A DNA stretch of 64,000 nt from Selaginella moellendorffii. Its lineage: Eukaryota; Plantae; Lycopodiophyta. The position numbers and the translations under genes are program-made. The notes under the pieces were generated by a model, which was not told the origin of the DNA, did no database searches, and worked only from the letters and a program-made list of their open reading frames with translations. The stretch is from assembly GCF_000143415.4 (NCBI RefSeq), contig NW_003314343.1, positions 558,813 through 622,812 on the forward strand, in the 5' to 3' direction. Shown here piece by piece: positions 14,663 through 24,760 of the stretch. Within the stretch, counting starts at the first letter, position 1, and each line of letters opens with the position of its first letter.

Positions 14663-15274
14663 TTGCAATATATTTTTGCAAATGTTGCACCTTCTAGAAT
14701 ATCATGCTTGTTCAAATGCTCCAGGCATGTATATAGATATTTCTCAATAGATTATTTTGCCTTAGGAGGTCGTGTAAGATATCCTAATGAAATTTATCCT
14801 ACTTTAGACTATCCTGAAGGCTTACCTCATGAAAGAGGTCTACCAAATAATATTCATAATATTATTGAATATGATACTTTGCAATGTTGGCCATATTGCA
14901 CACAATTAATAAATGGCCCTTTAGAGTTTCTTGGTACACATATAATAAATGGAAATAGTTTGATATCAACAAATAACAAATTTAGAGCAAGTTTAAGGAA
15001 TTGTAATCTTGTAATCGAGATTGAAAATAACCATAGAACTATATGGTCTACAATGTCTTATAGTTATGACACATTTTGTTATCTTCATCTCCAACTTGAT
15101 GGTCATTTACTTATAATAGATGATAAAAAAAATATTATATGGAAAAATAATATCTTTTGCAAAAGTTGTTTAATATTTTCTATTGTAACTATGGAAGATG
15201 ATGGATATTTAACAGTGACTTCTTCTTTAAATGGTCATAAAACTTTATTGTGGACAAGTAAACCTAACATCTAA
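14663..15274 (+). CDS. Bulb-type (B-lectin, mannose-binding) domain protein, 5' end probably in the gap
   Basis: Three-fold beta-prism pattern: CNLVI...IWST, LHLQLDGHLLI...IWK, TMEDDGYLTV...LWTS. Confidence 0.7.
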   Translation: MQYIFANVAPSRISCLFKCSRHVYRYFSIDYFALGGRVRYPNEIYPTLDYPEGLPHERGLPNNIHNIIEYDTLQCWPYCTQLINGPLEFLGTHIINGNSLISTNNKFRASLRNCNLVIEIENNHRTIWSTMSYSYDTFCYLHLQLDGHLLIIDDKKNIIWKNNIFCKSCLIFSIVTMEDDGYLTVTSSLNGHKTLLWTSKPNI

Positions 15275-15861
15275 ATTTCAAATTATATATTTAAATATTA
15301 AAAATATTTTATTATCATAAAACTTTTCTCCATTTTATGTTGCAATGATTACAATAGTGAAAAACTACTATTGGGAAAAGTAGATACACCATATATAAAC
15401 CAATCAAGAGCCCTATCAACAAAAGAGCATATATTCTTAAGGATGCATTGACTAATTTTGAAACTTATATCCATCTTGAAATTATGGAATCTAATTGCCA
15501 CAATATCTTATGATTACACAAGTTCTTTTTGCTCCTAAGCAGTTCCAAGGTAGTTTAGTAGAGTTTTATGCATTCAAAAAGTTTTTACATGCAAAACAGC
15601 CACAATTTTCATTAGCAAAGGTCACAATCAGTCACATAAACATTGTCTTGAGCCATTATGGTGATAAACATTATTCTTATAGCATTTCATTTCACCAATT
15701 AAGCTCTTTTTCAATCTCCTGACCATTTAAAACATCACTCTATCACTGCTTAGAACTCTGTGTGCTTATTAGAATGAACTTTTAGTGGGTTTTGATTTCT
15801 CAAAAGCTGGAAGATGAAGAAAAGATAAATATTTGTTAGTAGTAGCACCATCACCAATAAA

Positions 15862-15883
15862 GCTCTATTTCGTTAAAGTGGGA
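15862..15883 (+). repeat. Left terminal inverted repeat (22 bp)
   Basis: Exact reverse complement of 29429-29450. Confidence 0.95.
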
Positions 15884-16301
15884 ATTGTCATTATCCCACT
15901 TGTAAAATAAGGTTTCCAAACCTTTATATAGTATATAAATATAACAAAATTCAACTGCATTGAGGCACATGCCATTTTATTTTAAACAAGGAAATGTCTA
16001 CTCAATCACTTCTCCTCCCCCTGCCACTGCTTCACCTCTCTCTTCTCCTTGTCATCGTCGTCCAATTTCTTTCCATCCTTTTAATATTGGCTTAGTTGCT
16101 CCGAGTCTAGGTGGAGCCCAAGTCCCCATTCAATCTTTACTTTCCCCTTATTAATAAAACAACTTCGTAGACTTCCAATAACATGCTGTAACACTTCTAG
16201 TATAATGCAAATCCTCTCAAAGAATTGTCTTTTAATATTAATACAATGGCATGGAACCCCATGCCATAATAAGTTACATTTTTAAATAAATACATGCCAT
16301 C

Positions 16302-19300
16302 TCAGACTGTTATTTTTTGCCTCCAACGCCTATACAATAATCTTGGAATTTCATCACTCTCCACACTATCAGGATTTAAACCTAATAGTAATGCCATCTC
16401 TTCTCTAATACGTCCACGCTCATGTTCAGTGGTCGAAGAACCCATCCGGTTGAGCAGATTATGGAGATGCGGATAGTGTTTGGCTAGACAATATACATGC
16501 CATAAATGATGACTGGTGTTTGTCCGATCAAATGGCTTCTGATATACCGTTCCATCTGCCATTTGGTTGATTTCTGCAGCCACCTCCTGGACTGGCCGGT
16601 TCTCTATCACCATCGCTTCAAGCCGTTTTGCAAGGTCCCCCAGAACATACGGTTTCTTCTCCCTAGTTTCCATACTGCAAGAGATGGGGTGCACTGCATA
16701 TGTGTGCGTGTTCGTTGCAGTTTTAATCGGCGAGTCATCGATGATGAGGATTTCACTTGACCTAGCAGTCCGGTTCATCACTACAGCCTCTGCCTTGACG
16801 AAGATGGGCCTGCTACCCCTCACATGGACCATAGTCAAGCAATCCTCCTACGTTAGGAGAAAGTCAAATGGTAATATTACTCGCGTTTGATCGTGCATCA
16901 TCTGTAGCAACGTTAATGCATTGTGGCGCATCATGGATGTCCAAACTCCCAATTGCAAATTGAACCCGACCCTCTGTTTTAAGTGTCGCATGGTCATTAT
17001 TAGATCCCGCAGTTTCTCCCGTGTGATTAATGTGAATCTGTCTCTTTTGACCAACTTGCGACCGCAGGTTTTGGAGGGTGCAGTGACATTCGAGGACGAG
17101 CCACGCTCATGGGAGAAAAGGACACCGTTCAGATCAAAAACGATACAGTACTTTCGCCGTGACTCTGAAATGAAATGCGTCAGCATAAAAAATGGTACAA
17201 GTCAATTTTACCATCTACAATATTAGCGAATGGTGCTCCCGATGGTCGTTCAGAGGGTTTTGGTTGAGGAAACGTGAAGGGCGGAAATACTCTCCTCTGC
17301 AATGTGGGGTCAATCGCATCCGATGGCGTGTGGGCACATGCCATTTCAGCTGTAGACTCTGGTACAACTGGCTCAACAGTGGCATGGGGTGGTTCCGATG
17401 GCGTGTGATCACACGCCATTTCAGCTGGTGCCTCCGTTGGCAAAGTGGACACGACCGAACAGGCAGCAGGGGCGGTGTAGGGAGGTTCCAACAGCGCGTA
17501 GTCAGACGATTGGGTACACGTTGGAAATGAGGATACGACCGGCTCGGCGGCTGGGGCGGCCTCATGCGGGTCCAATGGCGCCTGGTCACCGTCAGTTGGA
17601 TACGTGGACAAGATTGACTCAGTGGTATGGGCAGCATCAAGTGGAGCGTGGTCAGCTTGCTTGGCGTTGATATGGATAGTAGCCTCCACCAGCTCTGATG
17701 ACTCTTGCAGGCAAGTAGAGTCCACTGGCGGATCCATATGCATGTCCAAATATCTCCCTTCGATTGAGATGGTCTCCTCCCGTGCTACTAAAAACAAACT
17801 CATTAGCACATTGAATCGACTATACTGTATTTACCATCAACTGCTATTGAGGAACTAGGACCGATATCACTTGGGCGCACTGCTGATTCTGAAGGATTGG
17901 ACATACGTTTCGACCCTTGCTTGGCACTATCCTTCCTCGACACTAAAGGCTAGAGTTTGTATCTTAATTCAACTGAATAATCTCTACTTACCATTTCTTC
18001 TGCGACCTACATGGACAATGTTAGAAATGGTAAAAGGTTAGGAATGGATGTACTATTATTTACCTGATGGTTTGTCTTGTATGACCTTCCTCCGCTGCTC
18101 TTTGGCCACCTCAGGCTGGCCATCGTCGTCATCATCGTCATCGTCGTTATTGTGATCGTCACCATTGTGAGGACCATCCAAGTCCTCTTCGTCCTCCTCT
18201 TCTTCATCCTCCTCTTTCTTCGTCCTCCTCTTCGTCCTTCTGCTCTTCCTGCTCATTATCTTTCTCTGGCTCCTCATCCCCCTCTTGCATTTCTTCCATA
18301 GGCTGCTCAGGCTGGATTGCTTGTTTTTCCAGGACCATCTTGGAAAAATCATCTGGCCGAGTCTCCATCTCAAAATACAAGACATCCATAACCTGTTTTA
18401 GTGCGTGACCTAGGACCGTATCCTCACCCGACTGTCTTAACATGGTTTCTGCACGTTCTTGCACCCTTCGAAGACGACGAGATGAGAAAAACGTGGCCCT
18501 GACTTGAAAAGCATCCCTCATCCATTGTACCTCTCCATTGAGATTGGGGAAGGGGAGTCTGCCATAGGAATCTGAGTCAGAAGGTGGTGACTGGCTCCTT
18601 TCACTCAGCCCTTGATCTGCAATGAATGGCATGAGCACACACGCCATAACCGCGAGGCATTACCTATCATCTTTTCGTTGCCCTTCTTCCTTTTCGAATC
18701 AAACGCCTCTGATCCCGACGACTGTCCAACGTGCTTTCGCTTTTTATGACCACTGTCAGTTTGAGCTTGGCTGGTGCTTGCCTGTTTTGCCTTTGAAGAA
18801 GTGTCTCCTGCAAGGAATGGCATGAGACCACACGCCATTGCAAATATAATTTGTACCTCCTTTTTTCCTATTGCTTGTCTGTTTGTCCTTCTTCGACGCG
18901 CCACCAGTGCGCTTTTCAGTCCTCGTGTCTGAATATTCACAACGATCTATAATCAAAATGGCGTGAGGCCTCACGTGACCTTACCTTGTGCAGGTTGTGA
19001 CCTCGGCCTAACATCAGTAGCTGTTAACGCCGTTTCAGCATCTGGGGGTGGCCACGCTCCTGCATACAGAGCTTGTGAGATAACATTTAAACTTAAAGTG
19101 CGTACTCACCAGGTTCGTAGAGAAGATACTGTTTTTCTTTGGCAACTGTAATTATATGCTCCATTGAAGTCACCTCTTCAATGGAGTTTGTCACCGCAAC
19201 ACACGGGACACCCTTGAGTAGTGCGGCTCGAAAGAATAGTCCGCCGCAGTTGTACTCGACAACACATTTGCCCTTGGAGTCACCCGCTATTGCGTTGAAG

Positions 19301-21893
19301 ACCCAGCTGAGCATTTCCCATGCTGCACCTAGAGCTTTCTTTGGATTCGAAAGCTCCATAGCCGTCTTCAGTTCCTCAGGCACGGGTAAATTGACCTCCC
19401 TCAGATCAATTCGATCGGCTTTGTTGAACGAAGCTGGGAAGTCACTCCAGTCCCACTCTGCTGCAGGACCAATAACAAGGGCGACTGTGAAGATGCGGAC
19501 ATTCGTCGGTATCTTCTTCTTAGCCATTATCCCATGGATCTCCCGCATCTCCTTGCCTTTCAACCGAGCCTTCACCTCGTTCAAGGCCTTCCAGAACTTG
19601 TGATAGGATTCGGAGTCGTAGATCATATAGTGGACTGAAGATTCCACCTCCGCAAGTCCCACCATTAAGTCAATGATGGAGCTGACTTCGTCTGCATGAG
19701 TGATCTCCTCGTTTGTGAAGTCCATCACACAAAAGATGTTCTTGACCTGCTCATCTCCGCGGGAAACGATGCTCCTCCACCTTTGATCCTCATCCGAATT
19801 CACGTATACCCGGTAAGGTTCTCGATAGGCCTCTACTGCGGGGTCGAGCTGTTTCTAAAGCCGGCGGTCGACATCCCTCTTAATGAAATTTGGATACTGA
19901 TCCAACTTCTCAGCTTTACTTTTCGTGGCATCCCGCAGCAGATCGATGAACTTGGGGGCCCCCTTCACGTACTCGTCGATGTCTTCATTTGACAAGTCTA
20001 GCTCTTCCATCATCTCTTGTGTGGTGTCGATGCTCACCCTCGCCACGGCCACTTGCTCGAAGATCCAATCCTTCAATAGCGCACGAGCTCTCAGAGTCGT
20101 GCACAAGTCCTCGTATGTCACAATATGGCCGGGAGTCATTTTGGTCTTGTTAAAGACTACCTCACTACGTAGAAGAGCATTAGCCACTGTCAGAAGGTCG
20201 TGGTCGTCTAGAGACCGCGAGAAACGCAAGGCGTTGAGCTTCAAATCATTGGGCTTCCGGCCGTCCTCCACACCCATTGAGTTTAGCAACTCCCCGTCAT
20301 GGTACCTCCTTAGCACATCTACCCATTTGTCAAAAACAACTTTTGTCGCGAGTAGAATGTTATGGATGCTGAGTGTGTCATTGACCCCCAGTGTTTTTGA
20401 GAGAAGACTCGAGAATTCCTGCAATGGAAATGGCGTGAGGCCACATGCTATGCCACATGCAACGAGGCTTACCTGCCAGGCGCTAGTTGCTATTGCACGT
20501 CCTTATCCTGGTTTTTGTGGCTTCTTCAGTTGAACCCAGAGCTTCCGTGTTCGTGCCAATGTCTCGTGCAGACCCGATTTGTAGCACGTTTCTTGCTTGA
20601 CATTCTGCGCGTGGGAGATGTATATGATAGATCGGAGGGGCGAGTTGCCTTTTATCAGGCGGACAACTCTTGTCTTGAAGACTTTCTTCACCTCCTCGCC
20701 CACCATAATATCCACAACTATCTGTTGCATCGCCAAGCTAGAATGCTGCCCGGAGACGGCATAGAACCGGATGTTCTGATCGTCCAACACCTTCCTATTG
20801 ATCAAGTCTGGAAACCTCGTCTCGCCCTTCATTGTTCGGTAGTAGGGGATCACGTCTGCGATGTCGGGTGTTACTGGACTTGCCAGCATCTTCTGCTTCA
20901 GTTTCTCCACCCACTCATCAGATACTAGCCTGTGGTTGTATTTGCTTTGGATCTCGATACGGCTCACGTCGATTGTATATACTTTGTTGGAATAGTAACA
21001 AGTACTATTATCTGCAACGATTTTTGCTGCCTCTTCTTGCTCTTTCTGCTCTTTGCGGCTCTTCTTTTTGGTGGGTGTAGTGTTCGAACCCGAGGCAATG
21101 GCATCACCAAGTAGCTTCTTTTTTGGAGCAGCAGAGTCGGACGTCGGCTTGAGCTTGACCACCCTTTTCTGCTTCGGGGTAGTTTCCAGATCAACCCCCT
21201 TCCCCTTCGCTTCGCAAACTGGAGGCACTCTCAACGGCTCAATGTTGGAATATAGTTTTTGAACATCGCCGTAGGTGAGGTCCGTGGATTCCATGTGATC
21301 TTCATAGACCCGCAGCGTCTTTGAAATTGTGGGCCTCCTGGACAACCTCTCCCTAGCTCCCTCTAGGAATTCCTCATAGCTGCTGCCCCCCTCCGGGAAG
21401 CCGCTAGGATGTGCAAGGTGGATCTTGAAGGCGGACGCTGTCTCTACCACAAGTGCCAGTCCATATTCTTGCATGGAACTGCATGGAGTGTCTGTCACTT
21501 GGATGAGGATCCCCATGCATTCTTTTCTCCCACCATCTGTGTTGTACAGCATCAGATCCTCGCCTTCCATCTCGAAAGTCCAACTGGTGAGCTCCTCCCC
21601 CTTCTCTGCATCCACATTGACAGTGGCTGGAAGAAGAACGCAATTCCTCGCCTGTTCAGAAATGCACAACAATTAGAGCTGACAGATGAAAAGCTAGCAG
21701 CTAGAAATAACGTGAGGCCACACGCCATTCACCACTGCATCAGATGTCTTGAGGCTGCATCCTAAGATGGCGTGAGGCTACACGCCATCTGTAACCGGAC
21801 TGCACTCGAGAGCCCAATCGGTGCATGCCAATGTTGCTACTGAATGGCATGTGGCCTCATGCCATTTTCTACTTCGTCTAAAAGACTTACCAT
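16302..21893 (-). pseudogene. Transposon accessory gene (~1630 aa): ParB/Srx-like domain, degenerate N6/N4-MTase-like domain, acidic/low-complexity linker, FCP1/NIF-like HAD phosphatase
   Basis: GT-AG exons joined in frame by hand: 21893-21891 (ATG), 21651-20473, 20418-19110, 19059-18985, 18928-18857, 18807-18664, 18616-18064, 18006-17992, 17942-17835, 17787-17212, 17164-16302. Lesions: in-frame stops at 20503, 19855 and 16848, and a frameshift at ~18215. Motifs: NHRLVSDEWVEKLKQKM...FYAVSGQHSSLAM...ISHAQN; KCVVEYNCGG..FRAALLKGVPCVAV; CIVFDLNGVL...GVWTS...FVK...LIIDDSPIK..TN. Confidence 0.75.
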
Positions 21894-22089
21894 TTGAAGC
21901 CGAATGGAGGCCGTGACAATCGAGGCCGGACTCGCTGGCGAATGTGCACTGTGTGTGCAGCAGATTGTAGCAGCAAGGCTACTCTACCACTTACAGTTGG
22001 AGAGTGGCGCTGAAATCTCCCGGGACGCCAAGTGGGCTGCGTGTGGGTGGCGGAGTGGGCGGCGGAGTTGGCGGCGAAGTTACAAACTG

Positions 22090-22278
22090 GGTGTGTCTTG
22101 AAGTGGACGCCGATGCACACGAGCGCGATGCGAGCGCGAGTGTGATGCAAGCGCGAGTGGACGCCGATGCACACGAGAAACCTGTAGAGAAGTGAGCGTG
22201 ATCGCGAGTGGGAGCGCGATGCGAGCGGGAGCGCGAGTGTGATGCGAGCGCGAGCGCGAGTGTGCGAGCGCGAGTACA
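22090..22278. repeat. CpG-rich (GCGA/GCGAGT) low-complexity repeat upstream of the accessory gene
   Basis: Repeated gcgagcgcgagtgtgatgc units and duplicated agtggacgccgatgcacacgag. Confidence 0.8.
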
Positions 22279-22589
22279 AAGCAAAATGCAAAACCTAACC
22301 TCACACGCGCGAAATGTCACAACGGTTGGTAATCCCGCCACGTCATCATTCCTCGGACTTGGGCGCCACCATTAATTTCTGGATTGCCGCGCGCATGCAA
22401 GCACGCAAAATCCAAAAGAAATCCGCAACGTCATCATTCCTCGGATTGCATGCACGCGAAATCCAAAAGAAAGATCATGATTGGGATATCATTTAATACC
22501 CTCGCTATATTTATACCATGCATGATTGGATATTCCAAAGCATCTTGTATTTCCAAAAATGGCAGATGTTCAGCTAAATAAAGAAATTC

Positions 22590-23900
22590 TATCTGTTTCT
22601 ATTTTTCTCTCAAATCAATATTATAGCGTGTGGGCTCATGCAATTTTAAACCAAAGAAACCCAAAAAAAGTTGGACCCAAAATATTTTGAAAAAACCCGA
22701 AAAACCCTAAACATTTTAAACCCAAAAATCCAGGCGTCCTGTGGCGTTATTCCTTCAATGGCGTGTGGGCGCATGCCATTTTCAGGGCCAAATGCTGAAT
22801 GGAGAAAAATTCCCTTTCAGTGCAAATGCTGCAAGAGGCAGATGCCGAGCACAAAGGACTGTAACTACCTCACATGACACAGATAAACTTTTCTCTATTT
22901 AGCAAAGATAAACTTTATAGCGTGTGGGCTCATGCAATTTTGAACCCAAAAAATGCACTAAAAAATTCTCGGCGTCATTTGGCATTATCTCTTGAATGGC
23001 GTGGGGCCGCATGCCATTTTCAGGGGCACATAGGAGTATATTCCTAGGATATTCTGACACGAGAATGGTATACAATGTCTTTCTTGATGACCCTGCAAAG
23101 AAGCATCTCGATCGGACACCACATGAGACCACACGAGCCTTACAATGTTTCAGGGGCATTTGCCATAGATCCGACCGTTATTTTGCTCCAAGATTTTACA
23201 GTTTGGTGTGCATTGACCTTTCCATCGAAACTGCAAAGGGACATCACAATCAGATGCGGGATCACAAGAAACTAACTTCACTAACTCTGGTTTCACCAAG
23301 ATCTACGTAAGGAGTTATGAAATGAAAGGACCCTCTCTATTGAAATGTGTTTATGGTCCTAGGGGCATTGTGACATATCAAAGGATTTTGCATCAAGTTC
23401 TATATTTGCATGTTTATCAAGCTACTGAATTGCTAAACCCTAAACCCTAAACCCTAAACCCTAAACATGTGGCAAATGCTGCGTGAAGAAAGATGCCCTT
23501 TCTGGGCAAATGCTGTAAGAGGCAGATGCCGAGCAGATGTATCTCAGGCTAGCGAAGGGGACAAACGAAAGCTAGCTATAAACATGACGGGATGCAAATA
23601 GATTACTAGGCTGGTCCTACGAAAATCAAAAACCATAATTGAAAACATTGAAAATGCAAAAAGAAAGGTTTATAATATTTTTGAATTTTAGGCAACCAAA
23701 GGAATGTAAGTAGGGCATGTGTTTGTAAGTTTAAAAATGCCTCAACCACTTAAATTCCCAAGTAAATAAAGCTGTTTCTATTTTTAGTACAGGTAAACTT
23801 TATAGCGTGTGGGCTCATGCAATTTTGAACCCAAAAATGCACCAAAAAATGCTCGACTAGCATTATTCTTTGAATGGCGTGTGGCCTTATATTGCCATAA
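22590..23900. repeat. Three related ~150-270 bp units in the divergent intergenic region, each carrying two palindromes
   Basis: ttatagcgtgtgggctcatgcaatttt(g/a)aacc...aatggcgtg recurs at ~22620, ~22915 and ~23800. gcaaatgctg(c/t)aagaggcagatgccgagca recurs at 22822 and 23506. Confidence 0.85.
23433..23466. repeat. Interstitial plant telomeric repeat (CCCTAAA)~5 / telo-box cluster
   Basis: ctaaaccctaaaccctaaaccctaaaccctaaac. Confidence 0.9.
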
Positions 23901-24269
23901 ATGGACGTACACACACAACATAATTATTCCTTTACACGGCGAATAATCTTGGCGCGGATCGCTGACATGGCATGGCAAAGTTCGAATCACTGACATGGCA
24001 CAGCTGGATCGAGGCAAGGACATGATGTGACAAAGTTCAACCTCCGACAGCAAAGTCTAGAAGCTACTCAGTTTGAAATTTGTCAGAGGAATCATAAGAT
24101 CTGGTTTGTCAGAGGATTTGATGTGACGTTCAAGCGTGTGTTATTTTTGAATTCTCGAACTCATTCCTAGGTCTATCATTTTTGTGCGCCGTGTTCTTGG
24201 TTCCGCTAAGCGCAATGAGCGCTGCTTGTGTAAGCGGCGTTGTGGGCTGTGGTTTATGCGTCTACGAGC

Positions 24270-24395
24270 GGTTGCGGCATTGCGAGCGCCATTGCGAGCG
24301 GCAGTTTATGCGAGTGGCAGTTTGTGCGAGCGGCGCTACGAGCAGTTGCGGTGTTGCGAGCGGCGCTACGAGTAGTTGCGGTGTTGCGAGCGGCA
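24270..24395 (+). repeat. CpG-rich short tandem repeats (27-bp unit) upstream of the transposase
   Basis: tgcgagcggcgctacgag(c/t)agttgcggtgt twice, plus partial units. Confidence 0.8.
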
Positions 24396-24760
24396 CTGTC
24401 TTTGGTGTGGCTACTGCTTCCTCTTGATATTCGGCACTTGTGCTTCCTGGTATGTTCACCATGGAATGGCTTAGGACCACATTTAGAAATGGCATGAGGC
24501 CACATGCCATCTTGGGCCCTTGCAATTTCATAGCTAGCGTATTGTCATGTATGTTTTTACTTGCCTGCAGCTGTGTGTATATCAAGATGGCATGAGGCCT
24601 CATGCCAATTTTGTGAATGCGAAATTTCACGTGGGTGTCAATAGCATGTTTGAATAATGGCATGTGGCCTCATGCTATTGAGGTTGTTTGGTATGTTATG
24701 ATTTAGGCCATTCTCCAATCATTTTTTGTATGGTCTTAACTTCTTTTCTGCACTTTCAGA

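Noticed and set aside
15857-15861. A clean target-site duplication for the Sola-like element
   Set aside because: The left flank is ataaa and the right is ataat. ATAA matches only by allowing one extra A, so the TSD is reported as imperfect and not used for classification.
21887-22341. Arg/Ala/Ser-rich ORFs and a possible RING-like PCCYNLLHTQC frame
   Set aside because: They derive from a GCGA low-complexity tract. The splice phase fits a lone ATG before the intron at 21890, and no complete RING motif is present.
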